NCBI GenBank assembly: GCA_963830235.1
Contig: CAWHLR010000035.1
Location: 29,838-93,837 of the forward strand
Direction: 5' to 3'
DNA length: 64,000 nt
Source of the DNA: an uncultured Verrucomicrobiae bacterium
GTDB taxonomy: Bacteria > Verrucomicrobiota > Verrucomicrobiia > Limisphaerales > UBA11358
Shown piece after piece: positions 37,856 to 47,203 of the stretch. The notes under the pieces are model-generated. The model searched no databases, was not told the origin of the DNA, and saw only the letters and a program-made list of their open reading frames with translations. The stretch's first letter is position 1; every line of letters starts with the position of its first letter. The translations under genes and the position numbers were made by a program.

Positions 37856-39517
37856 ATGTCCGGCGCATTTCTTCTTATTTTCACGCTGTTCTGGTCGGGC
37901 ATGGTGCTCCTGTTTGACGGGTTCATGGCGCATGGCGTCTATAAACAGTTTGAATCGCGCAATTACGCCAGCGTGACGGGAACCATCACGCATAGTGAAG
38001 TCAAAAGCCATCATTCCTCAAAAGGAGGCACCAGTTACAATGCCGTCATTGAATATAAATTTGAAGCCGGGGGTCAGAAGTTTGTGGGGAATAAAATACG
38101 GCTGGGTGTCACCACTTCAAGTTACGCCAATGCCACGGCAGCAGTGAACACCCATCCGGTCGGATCAACTGTGCAGGTTTTTTACAATCCCGCAGACCCG
38201 CAGGAATCATTGTTGTCCCCCGGCATCGAAGGTTTGGATTTCATGTTCGTACTGTTCCTGACCCCGTTTAACATGGTGATGTTCGGTTTCTGGCTTTGGA
38301 TGGGCGGTTGGTTGCGGGAAAGATTTTTCCGGCCGGTTGCCGGCGGAGTAAAAATCATTGCTGACGGCATGACGACGCGGATTCGTTTGCCGCAAATTTC
38401 GGCAATTGTGTGGGGGTTGGTCGCGACTGGAGGCTTCGGATTTATTTCAACGTTCATCGTTGGTTTTGGCTCAGGCATGGAGCCGTCAATCCCCCTGATC
38501 TTGTTGGCCATCACCGCTGTTTATGGGTCCGGCCTGGCCGTTTATTTGCGGCAACGGCAGAAGATGAACTCGGGCATTGACGACCTGATCATCAATGAGG
38601 CGGCGCGAACGCTTGAATTGCCGCTGACATTCAATCGCAAGGAACGCGTGACGGTGAACGTCGCGAACATCAAGAGCCTGTTCGTGGACAAAATCGAACA
38701 CCGCAGCAACAAGGGCGGAATTTCCTACACCTACGCGCCGACGTTGTATTTGCCAGGAGCGGAGCCAGCGGCCCAAAAGCTTGCCGACTGGTCCGATAAA
38801 TTGAAGGCGGATGAGTTCGCAGAATGGCTGCGCAAACAGATCGGACCGGATATTCCCGCAACTTGCGATGCCGGCGCAGTCATTGCCGATGATGATGAAT
38901 CCAATGCAACCGCCACGCTGCAAGCGCCCATCGAAGAATTCCGCCGCGACGAACATTCCAAAATTAAAGTCACAGACGGCCCGGACGGACGGGAATTTTA
39001 TTTCCCGGCGGCGCGAAATTTGGGCACGGCTGTCGTCCTCACAGTTGTTTTCGCCGGCTGGTCGGGGCTTTTCTGGGTGCTGCTCCACTCAAAGGCGCCG
39101 CTGATTTTCCCATTTTTTTGGGGTATCACGGACGTGCTGATTGGCTTCGGCTGTTTCAACGTATGGTTCAAATCTGCCCGCGTGACGATTAATTCCACCA
39201 GTGTGCGCATCGTAAATCACCGGCTGTTTTTCAGCCGGACGCGGCGGTTTGACGCCGGAGATGTTGCGCGATTTGCGACCAAGGCTGGCATGCAAAGCGG
39301 CTCACAGTTGTTCTTGGACATCAAGCTCATCAAGCAGGCCGGCGACGACAGCTTTGAGGCGGACAAGGCGAAATATAATCAGACTGGCCAACTGCCTCGG
39401 GTGAGATTCCAGATGTCCGATTCCGGCGGCGTCACGGTCGCCAGCGGCATTGCCAGCGCGGCGGAAGCAAACTGGCTGATGCAGGAAATGAACAAGGCCT
39501 TGGGCCGTCCGGCCTGA
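37856..39517 (+). CDS. DUF3592-domain polytopic membrane protein
   Basis: The N-terminal TM segment followed by GTITHSEVKSHHSSKGGTSYNAVIEYKFEAGGQKF fits DUF3592. Confidence 0.6.
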   Translation: MSGAFLLIFTLFWSGMVLLFDGFMAHGVYKQFESRNYASVTGTITHSEVKSHHSSKGGTSYNAVIEYKFEAGGQKFVGNKIRLGVTTSSYANATAAVNTHPVGSTVQVFYNPADPQESLLSPGIEGLDFMFVLFLTPFNMVMFGFWLWMGGWLRERFFRPVAGGVKIIADGMTTRIRLPQISAIVWGLVATGGFGFISTFIVGFGSGMEPSIPLILLAITAVYGSGLAVYLRQRQKMNSGIDDLIINEAARTLELPLTFNRKERVTVNVANIKSLFVDKIEHRSNKGGISYTYAPTLYLPGAEPAAQKLADWSDKLKADEFAEWLRKQIGPDIPATCDAGAVIADDDESNATATLQAPIEEFRRDEHSKIKVTDGPDGREFYFPAARNLGTAVVLTVVFAGWSGLFWVLLHSKAPLIFPFFWGITDVLIGFGCFNVWFKSARVTINSTSVRIVNHRLFFSRTRRFDAGDVARFATKAGMQSGSQLFLDIKLIKQAGDDSFEADKAKYNQTGQLPRVRFQMSDSGGVTVASGIASAAEANWLMQEMNKALGRPA

Positions 39518-39567
39518 ACTAAAAAAATTCTCGGCAACCGTCCTCAACCGGCTAACATCATCGGTAA

Positions 39568-40200
39568 ATGCCGCGTTCCATCAGAAATAAATCTTCAGCA
39601 AAAAACGTCCCGCCGCGCTGGCGCCAGGAAGTCGAGCGCGTGCTCATCACCGACGAACAGATTGCCCGCCGCATCAAAACCCTGGCGCGGGAAATCGAAC
39701 GTGATTTTCGCGGGCGCGAAATGGTGGTGGTTTCGCTGCTGAACGGCACGGTCATGTTCCTCGCGGATTTGATCCGGCACCTGTCACTGCCCTTGCGCCT
39801 GGATTTCATGGGCGTGTCCAGCTACGGCGCGGGCACGGAGTCAGGCGAGCTGGTTTTTACGAAGGAGTTGCGGCTGGACGTGCGCGGGCGCGACGTGCTG
39901 CTGGTGGACGACATTCTCGACACCGGCAAAACCATGAGCCGCGTGCTGCCGAAAATCCGTGTGCTTAAACCGCGCCGCATCAAAATTTGCGTGCTGCTCG
40001 ACAAACCCAGCCGCCGGACGGAAGGCGTCGAGGCGGATTACGTCGGCTTCAATGTGCCGGATTATTTCGTCGTGGGTTACGGGCTGGACTTTGCGGAGCG
40101 GTACCGGAACCTGCCGTTCGTCGGCGTATTGCATCCGCACGTTTATAAGCAGGCCTGTCAGCGGGTCAACGAGGCCGTGTGCCGCAAACCCGGTCGGTAA
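39568..40200 (+). CDS. hpt: hypoxanthine phosphoribosyltransferase
   Basis: VLLVDDILDTGKTM is a PRPP-binding motif. LDFMGVSSYG also fits. Confidence 0.85.
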   Translation: MPRSIRNKSSAKNVPPRWRQEVERVLITDEQIARRIKTLAREIERDFRGREMVVVSLLNGTVMFLADLIRHLSLPLRLDFMGVSSYGAGTESGELVFTKELRLDVRGRDVLLVDDILDTGKTMSRVLPKIRVLKPRRIKICVLLDKPSRRTEGVEADYVGFNVPDYFVVGYGLDFAERYRNLPFVGVLHPHVYKQACQRVNEAVCRKPGR

Positions 40201-40202
40201 AC

Positions 40203-41471
40203 ATGGACCTCCGATTCATCAGTCTGCTCGGCTGGATCACGATGATCGTGGTGGCATGGGCGATTTCCTGCAACCGGAAACTGTTTCCGTGGCGGACGGT
40301 GATTTGGGGCGTCGGTTTGCAATTCTTCCTGGCCTTGTTGATTTTGAAAACGCCGTGGGGCGGCGTGTTGTTTAAATTCGCCGGCAAGGTGATTCTAAAG
40401 CTCATTCTGTTTTCCAACGAAGGCTGCAAATTCGTTTTCGGTCCGCTGGCGGACGAAAGCCTGCTCACGAATACATTCGGCCCCGGCCATTCGGTGATTT
40501 TTGCAATTCTTGTCATGGGCACCATCGTCATCGTCGCGTGCATTTCTTCGCTGCTCTATCACTGGGGCATTTTGCAACGCGTGGTGCGCGCCATCGCGTG
40601 GGTGATGCGCAAAATCATGCGCACCAGCGGCAGCGAAACGCTTTCCGCCTGCGCCAACATTTTCATGGGCCAGACCGAGGCGCCGCTGATGATCCGGCCT
40701 TACGTCCCGCGCCTGACGCGCAGTGAACTGATGACCATCATGGTTTGCGGCATGGCGCACATCGCCGGCGGCGTCGCGGCAGTTTATGCGGACTTGGGCA
40801 TACAGGCTGGCTACCCCAACACTGCCGGGCATCTGCTGGCGGCGTCGGTGCTGAATTGTCCCGCCGCGTTGATGATTGCGAAAATCCTCCTGCCGGAAAC
40901 CGAGAAAAGCGAAACCGCCGCCAGCGCGCCTGCCACCGTGCCGCGCACCACGACCAATTCCATTGACGCCATCTGCCGCGGCGCGAGCGACGGATTCTTT
41001 CTTTCGCTGAATGTCATCGCCATGCTCATCGGGTTCATCGCCATGATTGCGCTGGCGAATTACGTTGTCACGTGGCCGCAGGCACATCTCGGAATCGCGC
41101 ATCCGGCCACGTTGCAGACCATTTTCGGCTGGATCAACGCGCCGTTCGCCTGGCTCATGGGCGTGCCGGCGCAGGATTGCTTTAACATCGGCCAAATTCT
41201 GGGCGAACGCATCGTGCTCAACGAGTTTGTCGGCTTCCTCGATCTCACGGCTAACGCGAAAAAACTGGTGCTCGACCCGCGCAGCTTCACGATTGCGACC
41301 TACGCGCTGTGCGGCTTCGCGAATTTCGCGAGCATCGCCATCCAGGTGGGCGGCATCGGCTCGCTCGCGCCGGAGCGCCGCGGTGAGATGGCCAAAATCG
41401 GTTTCCGCGCGATGCTCGGCGGCCTGCTCGCCGCCTACATGACCGCCTGCCTGGCGGGAATTTTGCTGTAG
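40203..41471 (+). CDS. NupC/CNT-family nucleoside transporter
   Basis: ~420-aa polytopic protein with CNT-like segments, adjacent to hpt. ATG 40203. Confidence 0.75.
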   Translation: MDLRFISLLGWITMIVVAWAISCNRKLFPWRTVIWGVGLQFFLALLILKTPWGGVLFKFAGKVILKLILFSNEGCKFVFGPLADESLLTNTFGPGHSVIFAILVMGTIVIVACISSLLYHWGILQRVVRAIAWVMRKIMRTSGSETLSACANIFMGQTEAPLMIRPYVPRLTRSELMTIMVCGMAHIAGGVAAVYADLGIQAGYPNTAGHLLAASVLNCPAALMIAKILLPETEKSETAASAPATVPRTTTNSIDAICRGASDGFFLSLNVIAMLIGFIAMIALANYVVTWPQAHLGIAHPATLQTIFGWINAPFAWLMGVPAQDCFNIGQILGERIVLNEFVGFLDLTANAKKLVLDPRSFTIATYALCGFANFASIAIQVGGIGSLAPERRGEMAKIGFRAMLGGLLAAYMTACLAGILL

Positions 41472-41969
41472 GACAGGCGTCGCGCCTGTCTCAAACTGAT
41501 CTTCGCTAAATTTAGAGACAGTCTGGAAACCTGTCCGCGTTTGTTGGAGTTCACGCTTCGTCCGTACCAATGCAGTCGGGTTTTAACGCAAAGGCGCAAA
41601 GATGCAGAGGCGCAAAGGTTGAAACAGAATTTGCGTTCAGAAAAACCAAGGCACTATTCAGGAACCCGTTTCCGTGTGTGCATAACCAAATAGAACATGG
41701 CATCGTAAAACATAAAGAACCAGATGCCAGAAAGACCCGTATCTGAAATCCCGTAATCCGTCTTGATAAACTTAACCGTTGCGCCGTGGTGTCCTAGTTG
41801 ACTTTGAACAAATGCCGCCGCTTTGAAGTGCTTTGCCTTTGGCATGGCTGCAAAATTAACCCGATTGAACGGTGCGGACAATTCATTTATGCTCGCCCCA
41901 TGCCCGTCACACTGCCGCCGGCAAATATTCAAACTTGCCGTTGTGAATGGCGCGTCGTAAATTAATGCC

Positions 41970-42143
41970 ATGAGTAAAGTGGAAGAAATAGAACAACTCA
42001 TCGAGCAACTTCCGGCGGAAAATATTGCGGAACTTGCCGCGTGGATGCAGCAGCGCGCAACGGCCATCCGCGACCACAGTGCTTTTCTGAACAGCTACGG
42101 TTCCGAGGACGAAGGGTTATACGATGACGCCGTCGCCCGGTGA
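41970..42143 (+). CDS. 57-aa antitoxin-like protein (DUF2281-like), not in the ORF track
   Basis: MSKVEEIEQLIEQLPAENIAELAAWMQQ.... It overlaps the MazF start by 20 nt. Confidence 0.5.
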   Translation: MSKVEEIEQLIEQLPAENIAELAAWMQQRATAIRDHSAFLNSYGSEDEGLYDDAVAR

Positions 42144-42450
42144 AATCTGGCTGGCGGACATTCCGTTCACCGATGGCAGTGCCTCGAAAATCCGTCCCGT
42201 GCTTGTGCTCTGGCTGGATGCCGGTGACGCGGTGGTTGCAGCAGTAACTTCGGCTGCAACGCGTTCTCCGAGCGACGTGTTTTTGCAAGACTGGCAGTCG
42301 GAAGGTTTGCGCGTCGCGTCCACTGTCCGGCTGTCGCGTCTGGATTGCCTGGAACAAAATTTGTTGCACCGCCGGTTGGGCGCGCTTTCAAGCGGCGATG
42401 CGCAACGCATCAAACAAATTTGGGCAAATCAAATTCAACTGCGCTTTTAA
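42124..42450 (+). CDS. MazF/PemK-family toxin
   Basis: GEIWLADIPFTDGSASKIRPVLVL. Confidence 0.8.
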   Translation: MTPSPGEIWLADIPFTDGSASKIRPVLVLWLDAGDAVVAAVTSAATRSPSDVFLQDWQSEGLRVASTVRLSRLDCLEQNLLHRRLGALSSGDAQRIKQIWANQIQLRF

Positions 42451-42554
42451 AAGCGCAAACAGACTTTGTCTGGTTTATTGAATCATCCGAATTGAATTGT
42501 CGCGTTGCCACGCCCTGCACATTCCATTACGGTTTAACCGTTTTTTGAACTGTT

Positions 42555-43793
42555 ATGGCATTTCTTAACGACAATTATTTGAAGCTCAAAGCCGGCTACC
42601 TGTTTCCTGAAATCAGCCGGCGTGTGAAGGCGTTTTGCGACGCGAATCCCGAGGCCGCCCAACGCCTCATCCGCTGCGGCATCGGCGACGTGACCGAACC
42701 GCTGCCACCCGCCGCCATCGCCGCCCTGCACCGGGCGGTGGATGAAATGGCCGGGCGCGAGACGTTCAAAGGCTACGGCCCGGAACAGGGCTATGAATGG
42801 CTGCGCGCCGCCATCGCCCAAAATGATTTTCGCGCCCGCGGCTGCGACATTGCCGATGATGAAATTTTCGTCAGCGACGGCGCGAAGTGCGACACGGGCA
42901 ACATCCTCAACATTTTCGGCCACAAGAACAAAATCGCCGTCAGCGACCCGGTTTATCCGGTTTATGTGGACACGAACGTAATGGCCGGCCACACCGGCGA
43001 GGCCAACGGCACGGGTAATTACGCCAAGCTCGTTTACCTGCCGTGCAAACCCAGCAACGGCTTCATTCCCGAACCGCCCAAGCGGCATGTGGACGTGATT
43101 TATCTTTGTTCGCCGAACAATCCGACCGGCGCGGCGGCCAATCGGCCGCAGCTCGAAGCGTGGGTGAAGTACGCGCTGGAACACAAGGCCGTTATTTTGT
43201 TCGACGCAGCCTACGAGGCGTACATCACCGACGCCAATCTGCCGCATTCGATTTTTGAGATTCCCGGCGCGCGCGAGTGCGCCATTGAATTCCGAAGTTG
43301 CTCGAAGAACGGCGGGTTCACCGGCGTGCGCTGCGCGTTCACCGTGGTCCCCAAATCGCTCAACGCACAGACGAAGGACGGCGCCTTCCAGCCATTGCAT
43401 CCGCTCTGGTTGCGGCGCATGACGACGAAGTTCAACGGAGTGAGTTACATCACCCAACGCGGCGCGGAGGCGCTTTACTCGCCGGAAGGCAAGGCGCAGG
43501 TGCAGGCGCTCATCGGGCATTATCTCGGCAACGCGACCGTGTTGCGCGAAGGCGTGAAGAAAGCCGGATTGAAGGTTTTCGGCGGCGTAAACGCGCCTTA
43601 CATCTGGGTGAAAACACCGAAAAGCGTCACGAGCTGGCAGGCGTTCGACAAAATCCTGGATAAAGCCAGCGTAGTCATCACGCCCGGCAGCGGTTTCGGC
43701 TCGAAAGGCGAAGGTTATTTCCGCATCAGCGCCTTCAACAGCCGCGCCAACGCCGAGGAAGTCGCCCGCCGGTTGCAGGAATTGAAGTGGTGA
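42555..43793 (+). CDS. dapL: LL-diaminopimelate aminotransferase
   Basis: N-terminus [18 protein letters not shown] and [13 protein letters not shown] (PLP lysine). Confidence 0.85.
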   Translation: MAFLNDNYLKLKAGYLFPEISRRVKAFCDANPEAAQRLIRCGIGDVTEPLPPAAIAALHRAVDEMAGRETFKGYGPEQGYEWLRAAIAQNDFRARGCDIADDEIFVSDGAKCDTGNILNIFGHKNKIAVSDPVYPVYVDTNVMAGHTGEANGTGNYAKLVYLPCKPSNGFIPEPPKRHVDVIYLCSPNNPTGAAANRPQLEAWVKYALEHKAVILFDAAYEAYITDANLPHSIFEIPGARECAIEFRSCSKNGGFTGVRCAFTVVPKSLNAQTKDGAFQPLHPLWLRRMTTKFNGVSYITQRGAEALYSPEGKAQVQALIGHYLGNATVLREGVKKAGLKVFGGVNAPYIWVKTPKSVTSWQAFDKILDKASVVITPGSGFGSKGEGYFRISAFNSRANAEEVARRLQELKW

Positions 43794-43907
43794 CCGTCAT
43801 CCTTGGTTGCCAGCGAGCGCCGCCGCCGGACAGCTACGCGCGTTTGATCTGGTTCATTAGGTCGAGTCCTTGATCTTCGCATCGTCAGCCAGAAGGAACG
43901 CCTTGCT

Positions 43908-44300
43908 TCAGCCTCCTACCAGCGGCACAAGTTTCACAAAGGACACTTCGGTCTCGACCTTGACCTCGAATTCCTCATCGAGGGCCGCCGCTTGTTTGTC
44001 GCCGACGAGAACAAAGAACCGGTTTCGTTCGAAAGCTTCGACGGCCTGTTGATATTGCTCCTCCCAGTCAATCTTTCGTTTCGCCTTGAGCTTGTAGCCA
44101 TTGAGCACGCGCTCGGCGTCGGTTGGTTCAACCAGGCCGCGAAAGCATTCCGGTTCCTTCCGGTTGTAATCCTGCACTTCCTGGTAAATACGGGTGCGGA
44201 TGAGTTCGCGCACGGTCATGCGCTCCGTCAGGCAATCCAGCGTGAAGGTGTTGGTTCTCCGTCCGGAAGCGGTCTCGTCGTGAACGGTCAAAGTGGTCAT
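43908..44300 (-). CDS. hypothetical 130-aa protein ending in LVGG; possible beta-grasp/ubiquitin-like protein
   Basis: Clean ORF. The C-terminus EVSFVKLVPLVGG-stop resembles ThiS/MoaD-type diglycine ends. Confidence 0.45.
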   Translation of the reverse strand: MTTLTVHDETASGRRTNTFTLDCLTERMTVRELIRTRIYQEVQDYNRKEPECFRGLVEPTDAERVLNGYKLKAKRKIDWEEQYQQAVEAFERNRFFVLVGDKQAAALDEEFEVKVETEVSFVKLVPLVGG

Positions 44301-44518
44301 GGGATGTGGCGGAATGCTTGCGCCGGAATTCAGCCGATTTCAAGCCTGAAATTTGCACTTCGTGCCGCTGGGATGGCACATCAGCATTACACCCCAGCGG
44401 CGGTATTATCCCCACAAAAAAGGCGCGGCGAGAAGCCGTGGGCGCGAGCGTCAGATTATTTCGCTCGTGCCAACGGCTCCCCGCACGCGCCCGTGCCCCA
44501 CTTCAAGCTGGCGCGATT

Positions 44519-44857
44519 TCATACGGCGAGCAGTTCGCAGCTGCTCCTGAAAATGCGCGCCTGGCGTTCAACCTGGCGGAGGGCAGCCTGGGTTTTTTCC
44601 TCGAACAGCACCGGGAACACCAGCAATGGGAAAACTGTCGCCCATGCCAGTGCCGCCGCCTCATTGGCCGCGCGCCGCAGCGGAGGGTTTAACTCCGGCG
44701 CCGGCGCCTCGGCCAGTTGCCGCGCGAGCAAACGGTTTTTCAACCGTTCGAACTCGGTGTCCTGCGTGGCCCGAAACGGCGCCGGCGGCGCCGGTCGCAC
44801 TTCGAACCGCGTTTCGGGGCCGAATCTGGTCAGCACCCGTGTTTCATTTTTGTTCAT
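44519..44857 (-). CDS. hypothetical protein
   Basis: 112-aa ORF. No motif recognised. Confidence 0.4.
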   Translation of the reverse strand: MNKNETRVLTRFGPETRFEVRPAPPAPFRATQDTEFERLKNRLLARQLAEAPAPELNPPLRRAANEAAALAWATVFPLLVFPVLFEEKTQAALRQVERQARIFRSSCELLAV

Positions 44858-44893
44858 GTTTTTTCCTTTCGTTTGGTTGTAGGTTAAAAAACG

Positions 44894-44928
44894 AAAAACC
44901 CGCGATTGACTGGCAATCGCGGGTTTTT
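44894..44928. terminator. bidirectional intrinsic terminator
   Basis: AAAAA-CCCGCGATTG-ACTGG-CAATCGCGGG-TTTTT: a 10-bp GC-rich stem flanked by an A-run and a T-run. Confidence 0.7.
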
Positions 44929-44948
44929 CAGAAATCTTTGTCCTTGTC

Positions 44949-45056
44949 TCAGAATTTCACTCCCTCGATGCCAAAACGCCGGCAAACGCCTGTCCAAATG
45001 GACATGCGTCCATTGGTCTGCGCGTGCTTCAGCGTCGGATTAAACGTGTTTTTCAT
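44949..45056 (-). CDS. candidate 35-aa small ORF ending 20 nt before the terminator
   Basis: MKNTFNPTLKHAQTNGRMSIWTGVCRRFGIEGVKF. No clear Shine-Dalgarno sequence. Not in the ORF track because it is under 60 aa. Confidence 0.25.
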   Translation of the reverse strand: MKNTFNPTLKHAQTNGRMSIWTGVCRRFGIEGVKF

Positions 45057-45174
45057 GTTTAACTGGCTGGAAGAAACACCATTTTTGGGTGTTTGTCAAA
45101 TGGTTATTGAGATCATTAAAAAAGCGTTTTCTCAGCTTGTCGGATGTTCCAGCAGTGGTAAATTGAATTAAAGC

Positions 45175-46173
45175 ATGAGCGAAACGCTGCGAATGGTCAC
45201 CTGCGGTTGGTGCGACGCGAAGGTCTTTATTCCCGGAGACCTGGCTCCCTTGGCCACCGAACCGTGCAAGAAATGCGGCCATCCCATCATGATGCCGATG
45301 ATGATCCGGCAGTTCGAGCTGCGGAGCGTCGTTGGATCCGGCGGCATGGGCACGGTTTATCGAGCTTGGGACACGACCTTGGAACGCATGGTGGCGGTGA
45401 AGTTGATGCGGAAGGAACTGCTCGCGGACCCGCTTGCGCTGGAAAGTTTTTATCGGGAAGCGCGCGCCTGCGCCCGGCTCAACCACACCAACATCGTCCA
45501 CATTTACGCGTTCGATGAATGGGAAGGCCAGCAGTATCTGGTGATGGAACTGGCCGATCGCGGCAGCCTGGACGCGCGCATCGAGAAATTGCGCCTGTTG
45601 TCGGAACTGGACATGCTCGACATCGGCATCAAAATCGCCTCGGCGCTGGACATGGCGCTCAAATACGACCTGCTCCACCGCGACATCAAGCCGGGCAATA
45701 TTTTGTTCAACGCGGATCACGAACCGAAACTGGTGGACTTTGGCCTGGCGCGCAAGGCGGACGTGGAACATCAGGTGGAGGATGTGACCTGGGGCACGCC
45801 GTATTACGTCGCGCCGGAAAAAATCAAGCGCGAGCCGGAGACGTTTCTATCGGACATGTACAGCCTCGGGGCCACGCTGTATCACGGAATGACCGGGCAC
45901 GTGCCGTTTGACGCGCCGACGGTCGAGGAAGTGATTGTGGCCCAGGTGCAAACGGCACTGACCCCGCCGAACCTGGTGGTGCCTGAAATCACGCAGCCGA
46001 CGAGCGATGCGCTGATCAAGGTGATGGCGAAAAATCCGGCGGAGCGGTTTTTGAGCTACGATGAATTCATCATGGCGCTCGAGCAGGCGCGCAGCCAGTT
46101 GCTCGTGTCGCAATATCAAACGCCGCACACTCAAAAGTCCAAAAGCCTCACCAGTTGGTGGAAGCGGCAATGA
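45175..46173 (+). CDS. Ser/Thr protein kinase with an N-terminal zinc ribbon
   Basis: GSGGMGTVYRA, AVK, HRDIKPGNILF, DFGLA, and an N-terminal CGWC...CKKCG. Confidence 0.85.
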   Translation: MSETLRMVTCGWCDAKVFIPGDLAPLATEPCKKCGHPIMMPMMIRQFELRSVVGSGGMGTVYRAWDTTLERMVAVKLMRKELLADPLALESFYREARACARLNHTNIVHIYAFDEWEGQQYLVMELADRGSLDARIEKLRLLSELDMLDIGIKIASALDMALKYDLLHRDIKPGNILFNADHEPKLVDFGLARKADVEHQVEDVTWGTPYYVAPEKIKREPETFLSDMYSLGATLYHGMTGHVPFDAPTVEEVIVAQVQTALTPPNLVVPEITQPTSDALIKVMAKNPAERFLSYDEFIMALEQARSQLLVSQYQTPHTQKSKSLTSWWKRQ

Positions 46174-46175
46174 AA

Positions 46176-46199
46176 AAGGCGGGCGTTGCCGCCCGCCTT
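46176..46199. terminator. hairpin between convergent genes
   Basis: AAGGCGGGCG-TTGC-CGCCCGCCTT begins 3 nt after the kinase stop. Confidence 0.55.
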
Positions 46200-46222
46200 G
46201 AAGATTCAAAAATTCCGGCCGA

Positions 46223-46606
46223 TTAATTGGTAACGGCCTTCTTTTTGGGTTTGGCGCCGAAATGCACAGAGAGCGCGTTGAGCTTGCCATCGGCAGTCTT
46301 CGTGTAAGCGCCGCTGACGGGCTGTCCCACAACACCATCCGACAGGGTGGCCGGCTGGCCGTCCTTCGTAATCTTGGTGTCGGATGTGATTTGCAGCGTC
46401 AGTGTGCCCACGGTAAGCGTCTTCGCGCTCGTGTCCACCGCTTTCAGGTTGCCGTGGAAGGGCGGGTTTTTCTTGGGCTTGGCCGGAGCGGTTTGGTCGG
46501 GTGCCGCCGGCGCGTTTGTGCCTTCCGCACGGGCCAACACCGGCATGGCGACAAGGGCTGCGGCGAACAGGCTCAGGATGGTGATTTTGGAGATGTTTTT
46601 GGTCAT
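46223..46606 (-). CDS. secreted hypothetical protein
   Basis: Signal peptide ending ARAEG. 127 aa. Confidence 0.5.
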   Translation of the reverse strand: MTKNISKITILSLFAAALVAMPVLARAEGTNAPAAPDQTAPAKPKKNPPFHGNLKAVDTSAKTLTVGTLTLQITSDTKITKDGQPATLSDGVVGQPVSGAYTKTADGKLNALSVHFGAKPKKKAVTN

Positions 46607-46687
46607 AATGTTTAATGGTTTGTTTTCAGTTGTTCGTTACAAAAGACGATGCAGCATAGGAGCCGGTTTCAACAAATTCAACTTATT

Positions 46688-47200
46688 TTACCACACGCCT
46701 TCGGTCAGCAATTCCGTGACGTTTCGCGCCAGATCCTCCGCCAGCAACGGCAGCGACTGGCGTTCCGAGTCCGCCAAATCCGTGCCCACGTTAACCAGCG
46801 TGTAACCTTTCACATCCTTGTCAAACAACACTTTGCCGGTGTCGGTATCGCGTGCGATGACGTGCGCGATGACGCCGACCCGGTAATTCTCCGTCGTGGC
46901 AACGTCATTGTTCAAATAGCTCAATCCTTCGCGGTTGTAGCGCGTAATCACGCCGCTGACCACAATGTTGCCGCCGCCATGCGTGGCGAGGTGGTAGGTG
47001 CCGTCGGTCTGGAGCCGTTCGCGCAGCGCCTGCGTCACCGCGTCGCCGAGCCGCGGCTGCAGGGTCTGGTTGTTGAACGGCAAAACTTCAACCGACTTTT
47101 CGCCGGCGACGGCGCCATTCACCGGGCCGAGATGATAACCGGCGCAACCGGCGAGCAACGCCGCCGCCGCGCCAATGACAATCATTCCCGGCAGGCGCAT
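46688..47200 (-). CDS. LptE-like lipoprotein
   Basis: Lipobox LLAGCAGY. 170 aa, immediately downstream of bamD. Confidence 0.5.
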   Translation of the reverse strand: MRLPGMIVIGAAAALLAGCAGYHLGPVNGAVAGEKSVEVLPFNNQTLQPRLGDAVTQALRERLQTDGTYHLATHGGGNIVVSGVITRYNREGLSYLNNDVATTENYRVGVIAHVIARDTDTGKVLFDKDVKGYTLVNVGTDLADSERQSLPLLAEDLARNVTELLTEGVW

Positions 47201-47203
47201 AGA

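Noticed and set aside
41654-42067. 137-aa minus-strand ORF
   Set aside because: Its upstream half is antisense to the antitoxin ORF that is coupled to MazF. Only the last ~60 codons in the low-GC spacer could be real, and I recognised no motif there.
44949-45056. Ribosomal protein L34 (the N-terminus MKNTFNPT resembles MKRTFQPS)
   Set aside because: The rest lacks the Arg/Lys-rich L34 core in any frame. There is no rnpA or other expected neighbour.
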